DNA of 64,000 nucleotides from an uncultured Thermoplasmata archaeon (GTDB lineage Archaea > Thermoplasmatota > Thermoplasmata > Halarchaeoplasmatales > Halarchaeoplasmataceae): assembly GCA_964458595.1 (NCBI GenBank), contig CAYWJQ010000003.1, positions 48,200-112,199 of the forward strand, given 5' to 3'. How positions within the stretch are numbered: the first letter of the stretch is position 1; every line of letters begins with the position of its first letter. Position numbers and translations under genes: made by a program. Below are positions 49,705 through 59,146 of the stretch, in pieces. The notes beneath the pieces were generated by a model that ran no database searches, was not told where the DNA came from, and saw only the letters and a list, made by a program, of their open reading frames with translations.

Positions 49705-50956
49705 TTTTATCACTTCACCTCTAACCCAAGCGTGATAAAAATGTCAAGAAACATCGAAGAAGAGGCTGGAAAAACTGTCCTCTAGATCTGGAAAAACCCA
49801 ATTCTATGAGAAAGCCGCAGAGAACTTAACACCCTGGCGGTAGGTTTAAATTGCCACAAATCCGCTGCCAATAACGGATTTAAGGCTGGTTCAAGCCGAG
49901 TGGCATTTATTCCTTCCGCCACTCTCATTCCGTTCTCAAGGCTTTATCTTCTAGGCCTAGATTCGTTTCCTATCCTTCCCGTTAAATTCCCCATATAACA
50001 CCGGTATTTTTTCGACACCTGTGGTTTTTCCAACCATGTTTTGCCATGAATTAGGCCCACTAAAACCTCTGGAGATAAAATTAATGATGTCGCATTCCAT
50101 ACTTTTTACGACGTCTTACTCTATCAATTCCTTGTTTTTTCGGACATACCTTGCAACGTAGAAACAGCAATTAGTAGAGAGATGACTGAAATAGAGTTTT
50201 AATCCTTGTTTTTTCGGACATACTTTGCAACATGACTGTTTTGCAGACTATAATCATAGCGATACTATAGTTTCAATCCTTGTTTTTTTGGACATACTTT
50301 GTAACTGAAAAATACGAACGGTTTAAAAAACATTTAGATAAGTTTCAATCCTTGTTTTTTCGGACATACTTTGCAACGAAATTATATGACAGTAGTTGAA
50401 ATAGCTGAAAGAAGTTTCAATCCTTGTTTTTTCGGACATACCTTGCAACCTCGGCCATTCGAGTTTATCGACAACGGAAATCTAGTTTCAATCCTTGTTT
50501 TTTCGGACATACCTTGCAACATAGAGATTGAAGTGGATAGAGTGGATATAGCTATAGTTTCAATCCTTGTTTTTTCAGACATACCTTGCAACGAAAAAAA
50601 GATACTGATGTTCCTTTGGAATCCTACAAGTTTCAATCCTTGTTTTTTCGGACATACCTTGCAACTATATATTGAGCGGGAAGTTCCTAAAACTCTAGAT
50701 GAGTTTCAATCCTTGTTTTTTCGGACATACTTTGCAACCGAGAAATATTGCTATGAATGTAGTCTGAAATACCGTGAGTTTCAATCCTTGTTTTTTCGGA
50801 CATACTTTGCAACCTCGATGAACTATTGGAACAGCTAAATGTTGAAAAAGTTTCAATCCTTGTTTTTTCGGACATACTTTGCAACATCGATTCTGGATAC
50901 GGCTGGATAAGCTGTCAGATGTTTCAATCCTTGTTTTTTCGGACATACTTTGCAAC

Positions 50957-51980
50957 TGTAGTATTCCGTAAAAGTTTCGATTCATTTTTTCTCACCTCTT
51001 TCATTATTTTCAATCATTCTAAAGAAATTGCCTACGATGTAAGAACGAGATCTTTTCCAAAATGCTTTCTCAGGTGTTTCTAGATTCTTCCAATCTAGGC
51101 TCATATGTGGTTTGATTTCATTGTACCATTCAATGAAATCTTCTAAAGAATCAAATTCATACCTATGTTGCTCATAGGTATCGAACCATTTTTCGATCTT
51201 ACCGTTAGTTTGAGGATGGTTGTACTTACAGAGAAGTTGTTTGATACCTTTTTCTTCACAGTAATTTTCGAAGCTATGATCAGCATCGTCTTCATTATCT
51301 CTCTTAGTAGCGTAAAATTCAGCTCCTCGATCAGTGATGACTTCTCTTATTGGTCTAATATGGCTGTATTTTCCATACGCTTCATCTAGTAGTTCAATAG
51401 AATGTTCAGCACTTCGATGCTCATACTCTCCTGCGGAGAGTATTTTACGACTAGAATCGTCTAATACAGCACAGATCCACTTACCGTGTTTGTTTTGATG
51501 CCAATCCATATGCACAGCTGATAAGCTGTGATTTCTTTCATACCGAACCCAAGGTTTCTTTCTTCCTTTTTTATTCTCATTTTCCTTGGCCATGTTATTC
51601 TCCAACAAGACTTGATGGACTCTGATATCTCTGATCTTGATACCCTCTTTCTTTCTGAGATATTGTGCTACAGTATTCGCTCCTGTTCCAAGCTTTTTTC
51701 CTGCTTGGATAATCCTCTCCTTGATATCATCTGGATAATCACTGTAAGGTTTTCTGCCTCGTTTTTTCAGCTTTGGGACCTTTCCAGTTTCTCTATATTC
51801 TTGGGTTAGTTGCCGAATTCGACGTTCACTAACGTCGAAATCTTCTGCTGCCTGTTCTACGGATAATCCCTGATCTTCTACCCAGATCACTATTTTTCTG
51901 ACTTCCTCGTTGTTAAGTCCCATAAAATGATTATTCTCATCACTACTTAAATCTTGACGAAATTTTTCCGGAATAGTACA
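50957..51980 (-). mobile_element. IS481-family insertion sequence (1024 bp)
   Basis: 23-bp terminal IRs starting TGT (20/23 match); flanked by duplicated ACATACTTTGCAAC. Confidence 0.9.
50982..51923 (-). CDS. IS481-family DDE transposase
   Basis: N-terminal HTH; HMDW, DDSSR, TDRGAEF, PQTNGKIEKW. Confidence 0.92.
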   Translation of the reverse strand: MGLNNEEVRKIVIWVEDQGLSVEQAAEDFDVSERRIRQLTQEYRETGKVPKLKKRGRKPYSDYPDDIKERIIQAGKKLGTGANTVAQYLRKKEGIKIRDIRVHQVLLENNMAKENENKKGRKKPWVRYERNHSLSAVHMDWHQNKHGKWICAVLDDSSRKILSAGEYEHRSAEHSIELLDEAYGKYSHIRPIREVITDRGAEFYATKRDNEDDADHSFENYCEEKGIKQLLCKYNHPQTNGKIEKWFDTYEQHRYEFDSLEDFIEWYNEIKPHMSLDWKNLETPEKAFWKRSRSYIVGNFFRMIENNERGEKK

Positions 51981-52939
51981 AACATACTTTGCAACCACAA
52001 AATGTTTTTAAGGATTTAAAAAACCCTTTCCGTTTCAATCCTTGTTTTTTCGGACATACTTTGCAACTCAAACGGTGATAATGAACTAGAAGCTGAAAAC
52101 TTGTTTCAATCCTTGTTTTTTCGGACATACTTTGCAACCTCGATGAACTATTGGAACAGCTAAATGTTGAAAAAGTTTCAATCCTTGTTTTTTCGGACAT
52201 ACTTTGCAACGATAAACGAAGCGCACAGTGAACAAGGCGATAAGAGTTTCAATCCTTGTTTTTTCGGACATACTTTGCAACAGAAGTTTCAGGGTTTGAT
52301 TATTGGCAAGAGGTTGAGTGTTTCAATCCTTGTTTTTTCGGACATACTTTGCAACGTTGAATGGCACGAGTATTGTGAAGGGTGTGTTTTGTTTCAATCC
52401 TTGTTTTTTCGGACATACTTTGCAACGAAGATAGCGATAATAAATATAGATAACGCTCTAGTTTCAATCCTTGTTTTTTCGGACATACTTTGCAACAAAG
52501 ACGAAATAAAGGATAAATCAAAAGGTCCTACCCTGTTTCAATCCTTGTTTTTTCGGACATACTTTGCAACCTAGACATGGATAAGTTAGACGGAATATCG
52601 GTTAAAGGTTTCAATCCTTGTTTTTTCGGACATACTTTGCAACTCCGTCCACCCTCTTTGGATATATTCTATGGGTGGAGTTTCAATCCTTGTTTTTTCG
52701 GACATACTTTGCAACCTGGAAGGCAGCAAACCGGACACGATAATAGCCGTGTTTCAATCCTTGTTTTTTCGGACATACTTTGCAACTGAAATAAAAAATA
52801 CATTAAAACAAATCACTACATTGATATCTGAGTTTCAATCCTTGTTTTTTCGGACATACTTTGCAACAAAACCATGAGAGAAAGCATAAGCACAGACGAA
52901 ATAGTTTCAATCCTTGTTTTTTCGGACATACTTTGCAAC

Positions 52940-53059
52940 AGGGTGGGTCTGGCTTTTTATTCACCATACAAAATAGGCTTTTTCTTTAAATAGTTAGCGG
53001 TTGAAGAGTCGGCTCTTCACCCAAAGCTATAAATATAATACCGTTCGACTCTTCAACTT
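52940..53059 (-). promoter_or_regulatory. CRISPR leader 1
   Basis: AT-rich with TATA-like boxes; almost identical to 63779-63898. Confidence 0.88.
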
Positions 53060-53353
53060 TTACAGCACTACATGTTCTTTTTCATCCGGAGAAGGAGTGC
53101 TACCTATCATCGTTTTCTGTTCATAACATCGTTTACACAGCGTGAATATGAATATCTTATCTCCATCAGAAATTTGAAAATCTTTCAAACTAGCGGTCAG
53201 CTCTTCTGCTTCTTTCTTTTTGAGATGACCCATGAAAACGCTATACTGGAATCTTTTAAGTCCCCAATACTTCAATTTATCACTCAATTTTTTTCTCTTC
53301 TTGTCTTCGCTGATATCATATGTTATAATTACATACTTCTCTGGTCTTGTCAT
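53060..53353 (-). CDS. cas2: CRISPR-associated Cas2
   Basis: ITYDIS, RFQYSVF. Confidence 0.95.
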   Translation of the reverse strand: MTRPEKYVIITYDISEDKKRKKLSDKLKYWGLKRFQYSVFMGHLKKKEAEELTASLKDFQISDGDKIFIFTLCKRCYEQKTMIGSTPSPDEKEHVVL

Positions 53354-53357
53354 ATCT

Positions 53358-54329
53358 TCACCTCCATCTGTAAGCCTTGAAATTTCCTTTTCCCTGTATA
53401 TGATTCGCCAGATCTTCCGCTTGGAGAAACATGACGTCTAGAAATTCTCTCTTATCTCCTTCATATTTTATCTCTGATTCCATCCGGCCGAAAAGCTTGT
53501 TCAAAAAGGCCTGTTTTCCTTCACCTTGAAGATAACAAGTATTTGGATCGATCTGTTCAAAATCATCACTTTCCAATATATCGCGGTTCAACATGGTCAG
53601 GACGGTCCTATCCACTATCACCGGTCGAAAAGGTTCTATGAAGTCATAAGTCAATGCAGCCTTATCACGATAGCTTTCATGGAAAACTCCGATGTAAGGA
53701 TTCAGCTTAGCTCTAAGTAGCGAATAATGTATCCTTGAATTCAAAACGGTATACCCATAACTCAACATCGAGTTCACGGGGTCCGGTGGAGGATTTTTGT
53801 GTCTTCCTTCAAAATCATAACCCTCTGGAAGTATTTTTTCAAAATTAGAGAAATAGATTCTAGATGCTTCTCCCTCTATACCTCTTAACCTATCCTTACT
53901 ATCTGCTTCGACCACGCTCTTTTTCCTATCTTCAAGCTTTTCATCACTCACATCGAACTGTTCAAGCAGCCTTATCTTGTTATAAATCGAAGCCGCGATC
54001 ATCTCCTTAGCAAGGCCCATGCTTTCTTTTTCAGGTATCCTCATCTGAGATAACCAAACATCGTTGATGGGATTTTCATTCGCTTCAATCACCCTTAGAT
54101 ACTGATCGTGCTCCTCATCGACAAAAACTACATCCACATCTTCCTTTTTCAGATATCTTATCGCAGCACCGGTAACATTGCATTCTCCAAAAAAGATGAC
54201 CTGCTCTAGATACCTGGGACTGAACTCTTTCTCTTCGTCATCTAACTCAACAGCAATCATCTCTCCTTTCTTTTTCAATTTACTCCCATAACCGGATACG
54301 ACAAGATTACGGAGTTTTTTCTCAATCAA
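53358..54329 (-). CDS. cas1: CRISPR-associated Cas1
   Basis: GIEGEASRIYF, DPVNSMLSYGY, GVFH, DFIEPFR; probable TTG start after GGTGA. Confidence 0.95.
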   Translation of the reverse strand: MIEKKLRNLVVSGYGSKLKKKGEMIAVELDDEEKEFSPRYLEQVIFFGECNVTGAAIRYLKKEDVDVVFVDEEHDQYLRVIEANENPINDVWLSQMRIPEKESMGLAKEMIAASIYNKIRLLEQFDVSDEKLEDRKKSVVEADSKDRLRGIEGEASRIYFSNFEKILPEGYDFEGRHKNPPPDPVNSMLSYGYTVLNSRIHYSLLRAKLNPYIGVFHESYRDKAALTYDFIEPFRPVIVDRTVLTMLNRDILESDDFEQIDPNTCYLQGEGKQAFLNKLFGRMESEIKYEGDKREFLDVMFLQAEDLANHIQGKGNFKAYRWR

Positions 54330-54385
54330 AAAAGTCACCAAAAAAATCAATTTGGTTTATTCTATTTAACGGTAAGGAATCTTTA

Positions 54386-55075
54386 TCACCTGTTGTTTTC
54401 TTTTGACCTCTCCATTATTTTCCCGTGCCCTCTAGAAACGCCTTTACCTAAGCCTATAAAATCTGGGAGCTCAAAATTAACTTTAAATTTGCCAGTAAAG
54501 CCTATCATCTTCACCCCCTTGAAGTTCACAACTTCTTCGTCGATATGTGTGTGAACGTAAATCTGTCTATCTACAACTCTGTTGAATCCCTTGCACATCG
54601 AAAGTATATTGCCTGTTAGGATACTATTCAACAACTCTTTTTTTTCTTTCCAGTCATCCATGGACTTGTATTTCTCGTAATTTTCTGAGTTGAGTGCCAA
54701 CCACGGTGTGAGGAACCTGTAATAATGTTGTTCTCTTGTCCCTCCTATACTGGCCTCACCTATGTCAAGGGACCAGCTTTCTACATCATAACAACTAGAT
54801 CCAAGAGTCAGTTGTTCTGCACTATCAACCATCTTCTTGACAAGCTCCTTCCCCTCTTCAAAACCGGATATTATCGGATCTCCTTCGATGACAGCATAAT
54901 GCACTTTTGGATAGTTGAAGACGAGCCCGACGTCGTCAGTATGATGGTGTACCAAGGGTTCATCTTTGAATTTGCTTGCAAAAAAACCTCTCAACTTCTC
55001 TCCGTCTTCCTCTACTTTTCTGCCAGTTTTCACTTTTATGTGAGCGTATTCCAAATCTTTCATCTCAATCTTCAC
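54386..55075 (-). CDS. cas6: CRISPR-associated endoribonuclease Cas6 (Cas6b-like)
   Basis: YPKVHY, TPWLALN, Gly-rich GLGKGVSRGHG. Confidence 0.92.
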   Translation of the reverse strand: MKIEMKDLEYAHIKVKTGRKVEEDGEKLRGFFASKFKDEPLVHHHTDDVGLVFNYPKVHYAVIEGDPIISGFEEGKELVKKMVDSAEQLTLGSSCYDVESWSLDIGEASIGGTREQHYYRFLTPWLALNSENYEKYKSMDDWKEKKELLNSILTGNILSMCKGFNRVVDRQIYVHTHIDEEVVNFKGVKMIGFTGKFKVNFELPDFIGLGKGVSRGHGKIMERSKENNR

Positions 55076-56294
55076 CTAATTTTAGGTGTTGAGCCTTTTT
55101 CAATTTTTTGTCAAAATCATCTATATTTTCCTGTAACTCCTCTTTTAGCCTCTCTTTAAAATCCTCACAGGAGCTTTTTGAGATTGGCTCTGAACCGTGA
55201 GCTAGGATTGAGGTGTTCCTAGCTGCTAGTATATCCAAGAAACCTTTTTCCTTGATCGGGTCTTCAGGCATGTCTCTTTCAACCATCGCGAGGATTCTCC
55301 ATACGTTTTTTAGACCCACTGAAAGAGTAGACCTATTTCCCTTCCAGCTTCTCAAAAGCTCAATTTGAGAATCAGTGAAATATTCCGGGCTGATATCAAT
55401 ATCTGCATGGTGAAGACCATGTTCTTCCCAGAGCCTCCACTGCCCTAGCATCTCCAGGCACCGGTAGCAACGAGCAACGGCATCATCGTATTTACCTTCG
55501 TCCATCCTTCTCAGCAAATTAGCGAAGAGATCAACTATCAGGTCTTCACCCAATCCTGACTTAGACTTTTTATCTTCAATGCATCTCTCAAGATGAGCTA
55601 TATTCATGCCTAGTTCTTTCTGCTCATCACTAGAAAGAATATTTCCATCTATATCTTGAAAAATCTCTCTTGCTTCGTCATGCTTGAATATATCCCATTT
55701 AAAATAACCCTCAGAAATAGTTGAAAGGAATTCACCTTCCTTTTCAATCCTTTTTTCTCTTGTATAGGAAAGAACATCCTGGGAAATATTGAGGGCCATT
55801 TCATATGAATGTTTATCAAAATGAGTCTTTGCCTCGGATAGTAGTGAATCAGCTATCGGTAGAGTGGGCTCCATCGAGTAAATCCGTTCAGATCCGTTGA
55901 CAACCCTACCGGTTTCATCTCTGTTTCCAGTTATATACGAAAAAGAGCCGCACCTTTGGGCCACCCCTGCCAAGGCCAAACCTGCCGACATTGGTTTTGT
56001 CCCGCTGGTGATATTCAAAAATATGTCACTATTTTCAAAACCCTCCTCGATCAATTCTTCGATTGAAGAAAGGGATTCATCGTAGCACTTCTGAACATCG
56101 TCCGGATCGGATACTTTTTCAATCTTAATATCCAACCCTGTTTCAAATTCATCTATTATCGATTTTGCTTTCTCTTCAGACTCTTCTGTCGCTAAAAGCA
56201 CAACTTTTGTCGGGTTGTGGTCAGTGATGCTTTTAGTTATTGGCCTTTCTATACCAGTTCCTACGCCAACAGAACATATCAGTGCTCTTTTCAT
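55065..56294 (-). CDS. CARF-HEPN effector RNase (TIGR02710/Csm6-Csx1-like)
   Basis: ICSVG, NITSGTKPMSAG (CARF); YDDAVARCYRCLE; RNTSILAHG (HEPN). Confidence 0.88.
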   Translation of the reverse strand: MKRALICSVGVGTGIERPITKSITDHNPTKVVLLATEESEEKAKSIIDEFETGLDIKIEKVSDPDDVQKCYDESLSSIEELIEEGFENSDIFLNITSGTKPMSAGLALAGVAQRCGSFSYITGNRDETGRVVNGSERIYSMEPTLPIADSLLSEAKTHFDKHSYEMALNISQDVLSYTREKRIEKEGEFLSTISEGYFKWDIFKHDEAREIFQDIDGNILSSDEQKELGMNIAHLERCIEDKKSKSGLGEDLIVDLFANLLRRMDEGKYDDAVARCYRCLEMLGQWRLWEEHGLHHADIDISPEYFTDSQIELLRSWKGNRSTLSVGLKNVWRILAMVERDMPEDPIKEKGFLDILAARNTSILAHGSEPISKSSCEDFKERLKEELQENIDDFDKKLKKAQHLKLGED

Positions 56295-56299
56295 CTTTA

Positions 56300-57067
56300 C
56301 TACCTCAAAATTTCGAGAAGTTTTTTACCCAACTGCGTGGGATATACCCAATCGTTCCTATATTTTAACAAGTCAAAAGATTCTCCCCTATAGATATCAT
56401 TATCCGTAAGCCGTTCAAGTTCGCTTCTTCTCACCTTTGAGTCGGACCTCCAAATCTTTTTAAAATCTTCCAAAATACCTTGGGGGTAGGGCATTACAGG
56501 CATAGAAATTACCTCGTACTCTGTAGTATCTGGGAACAATATCTCGTCAAATGTTTCCTTGTTCCTTTCGTAATAGCGGTTCAGATCGGAGGCGTGAAAG
56601 AATTCATCTATCTTGTCTTTATTTTGTTCCAATTTTTTATTCCACAAGCTTATCTGTGGGGAGACGACGTGAAAAACGCCATTTACAGGGTTGAATTGCG
56701 ATAGAAAATGTAGACCAGAAGTCATCGTTTTCCGCCCTCCAGCCACGTTAAGATATACCTTGTCCGCGTCGTGTTTTGATTTTTCTTCGTAGATCGCCTC
56801 CATCGTTTCTTTCAAAAATGTAAAGTTATCATCTTCAGAAGTAACGTCATCAAAAGGTAGATCTTTCCAATGAACGTGGATGTTCCAATCGGATAATTCA
56901 AGCGCAGAGACTACAAGTTCCGCTTGTTTCCAGACCTCGTCATCGTCGGTCACGAGTAAAACGACATCGCTCACAAACTCGTTCTTCACTTCGATAAGCC
57001 ATTCAACCAATTCAGTCATCACGGGGGCGCTTCTTCCTACAGCACCGATTACACTACAACCCGTCAT
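56300..57067 (-). CDS. CARF protein, NE0113/Csx14-like (putative ring nuclease) with C-terminal wHTH-like tail
   Basis: VGRSAPVMTE, DV, LNVAGGRKTM, VFHV. Confidence 0.8.
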   Translation of the reverse strand: MTGCSVIGAVGRSAPVMTELVEWLIEVKNEFVSDVVLLVTDDDEVWKQAELVVSALELSDWNIHVHWKDLPFDDVTSEDDNFTFLKETMEAIYEEKSKHDADKVYLNVAGGRKTMTSGLHFLSQFNPVNGVFHVVSPQISLWNKKLEQNKDKIDEFFHASDLNRYYERNKETFDEILFPDTTEYEVISMPVMPYPQGILEDFKKIWRSDSKVRRSELERLTDNDIYRGESFDLLKYRNDWVYPTQLGKKLLEILR

Positions 57068-58200
57068 CTCTCAACCTCCATCTTTATCCATCCGAGTTCT
57101 CCTGTGGGCTCCTTTTCTTTACGATAGAACCTTCTCGTTTTGGGCCACGGTGTCTCAATATCTCCTTTCTGATAGCCTTTATGGGCATATCTTTCTCTCA
57201 GTTTTTTCTTGACTTTATCATCTTTAGCGGCTATCTGTATAGTAGAGCTCAATCGACCCATGCCAAATCCCATATTGAACACAGCAGAGTCTCTTTCCAT
57301 GACCACTTCACGCAACTCTTCCAGTTGATCTATGACCAGACCGTACTGAAAACTATTTTCACAGCTTTTTAGATATTTTAGATCCCTCTCTATACGCTCT
57401 CTAGAGATCATAGTTGCAGCTTCTATGACTTTATCTATTATTTTTTCCTCGGAGAACCCTCCTAGGATTTCTTTTATATTCTCCTCTCCATTCCACTTTT
57501 TTGCCATCCTTGCTATCAAGTCCTCGTGCAGATTTATTTCAGTTCCAAATTCTGTGCCAGGAGCAATTCCCATATGGAGAGTTTCCCAATGTTTAGGCTT
57601 CAACTTGTCGTAATTCTTCGAATAGGTCTTCACGGGAAACACTAGACCCGCTTCATCCGCTGGTTTGCTTTCTGAATCCGAGACCTGGAACCCTTTCATG
57701 CAATCTCTTTGAGGGTCGTCCTTGCCCACTCTAAAGTATTTTTCTACATTTCTATCTATTCTATCTTCTTTGAACCACCATGCTGAAGGATTGTTCATGT
57801 AGTAATAAGTTAAAAGGTTCGTTCTGAGTGCGCCTTTAAGTGAGCTTCCAGGGAGATATATGGTGTTATCAGCTTGCATTATCTGTGGATTTATCTCGCC
57901 CTTTCTCTGAAATAGCTCTTTAGAATAGTCATCAATAAACGAGGCTGAAAAATTCCAGTATTCGTCTTTTTCTTCAAAGAGTTCCTTACCTTTTTCTTCA
58001 AAGAACTCCTTACCTTTCTCTATTTCCTTTTCGATCAATTTCACGATCTTTTTTGCATGCTCTGGATTTTCTGAAAATGCCTTATCCATATTCACTTTTA
58101 CAATCTTATCCCCAACCACGAATGAGTTCATCCTATCAAGTTCCTTACCCTCTCTAGTGCCTATTTTTACTGGGCTCAGGGTCTTCAACGTGATCTTCAC
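57064..58200 (-). CDS. csm5: Type III-A Csm5
   Basis: TLSPVKIG, YLPGSSLKGALRT, FQVSDS, PKTRR...LGW. Confidence 0.92.
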   Translation of the reverse strand: MKITLKTLSPVKIGTREGKELDRMNSFVVGDKIVKVNMDKAFSENPEHAKKIVKLIEKEIEKGKEFFEEKGKELFEEKDEYWNFSASFIDDYSKELFQRKGEINPQIMQADNTIYLPGSSLKGALRTNLLTYYYMNNPSAWWFKEDRIDRNVEKYFRVGKDDPQRDCMKGFQVSDSESKPADEAGLVFPVKTYSKNYDKLKPKHWETLHMGIAPGTEFGTEINLHEDLIARMAKKWNGEENIKEILGGFSEEKIIDKVIEAATMISRERIERDLKYLKSCENSFQYGLVIDQLEELREVVMERDSAVFNMGFGMGRLSSTIQIAAKDDKVKKKLRERYAHKGYQKGDIETPWPKTRRFYRKEKEPTGELGWIKMEVER

Positions 58201-59138
58201 GGTTTCACCCCAACGTTGAAAGCATAACCGTACTGCTGTACGTCAAACTTCTCAGTGTTTACGATAGGATTCCTCCCGTAGACTTCTTTACCGTTGATCG
58301 TTGGAAATATAGAACCTTCAGAAAACATGAAAAGTGTTCTCTTCCAAGGAGAATCCAAGTTAGTGAACGATTGTTCGACGACACCTTTTCTTTTGACCAG
58401 CTCGTAACGAAGTTGATTCTTGTTCCCCTGGTACTCCTCCCATTCTTTTTCGGCTGGGCAGTAAAGAGACAAAGTCATAAACCTGTTGGCTTCTTCAGGT
58501 TTTTCAAATTCGTCAAATTCATCTATCTTCTCCAGATCAAAGTTACCCTTGCCTGTTGAGGTAGAGCCGCCAATACCTCTGCTTTCCAGGTAACGGAGTG
58601 CTCTCACTAACTTTTCCTCAATACCCTCTCCTCTGGTTTCGAGGAGGAAATAGAGATCTGTACCATCAAGGTGCTTGTAAACGGGTTCAAAGAAGAGGTT
58701 GCCCTCCGTAGCGGATGACAATCGATTTATAGCGTTTCCAGGCTGGTCATACTCTGTCATAAAGGCAGTTCTTTCGCTCTCCTCCAAGATGGTTTCAACT
58801 TCTTTTTTTCCATGAACAAATTCATCAAAGTTTTGTGCTGTGACCCATTTCAACTTTTTATTTTCTTTTATTTCCCACATATCCTGGAAATCATCAGGAT
58901 TCTCTTTTGTGAATGTAGGGATTTTTGGTGTAGGAAGATAGTAAGTCTCTTCATGGTAGGGAAACAAGGAGCTGATTTTGAAAGGGGGTTCACCTTTTTT
59001 GAAATCCGCCAAAAGATTAGTGAGTGTCTCCTCACCAAAAACGTGTCTTACGCCCCACGATAGAGCGCCGAATAAAGTGTCGCTATGAGGAAAAGGATCC
59101 TTGAACGGAGATGACGGTTTCAAATGGATTGCCTTCAT
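58197..59138 (-). CDS. csm4: Type III-A Csm4
   Basis: HSDTLFGAL, ISSLFP, GIGGSTSTGKG, FSEGS. Confidence 0.93.
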   Translation of the reverse strand: MKAIHLKPSSPFKDPFPHSDTLFGALSWGVRHVFGEETLTNLLADFKKGEPPFKISSLFPYHEETYYLPTPKIPTFTKENPDDFQDMWEIKENKKLKWVTAQNFDEFVHGKKEVETILEESERTAFMTEYDQPGNAINRLSSATEGNLFFEPVYKHLDGTDLYFLLETRGEGIEEKLVRALRYLESRGIGGSTSTGKGNFDLEKIDEFDEFEKPEEANRFMTLSLYCPAEKEWEEYQGNKNQLRYELVKRKGVVEQSFTNLDSPWKRTLFMFSEGSIFPTINGKEVYGRNPIVNTEKFDVQQYGYAFNVGVKP

Positions 59139-59146
59139 TTTTCCCC

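Larger units (their letters stand above)
50122..52939 (-). CRISPR. CRISPR array 1: 25 repeats + 1 partial, 24 spacers, split by an IS
   Basis: 36-bp repeat GTTTCAATCCTTGTTTTTTCGGACATACYTTGCAAC on +; minus-strand 3' end ATTGAAAC; degenerate repeats at the low-coordinate end. Confidence 0.98.

Noticed and set aside
49993-50120. Further degenerate CRISPR repeats or an anti-repeat (e.g. TATTTTTTCGACAC near 50005)
   Set aside because: Similarity is short, T-run driven and off the ~72-bp period
50371-52877. ORFs with repeated LQSMSEKTRIET / FQSLFFRTYFAT peptides (also 62767-63724)
   Set aside because: Translations of CRISPR repeats
53358-54350. RT-Cas1 or Cas4-Cas1 fusion
   Set aside because: Cas1 is ~323 aa with no RT or Cas4 motifs
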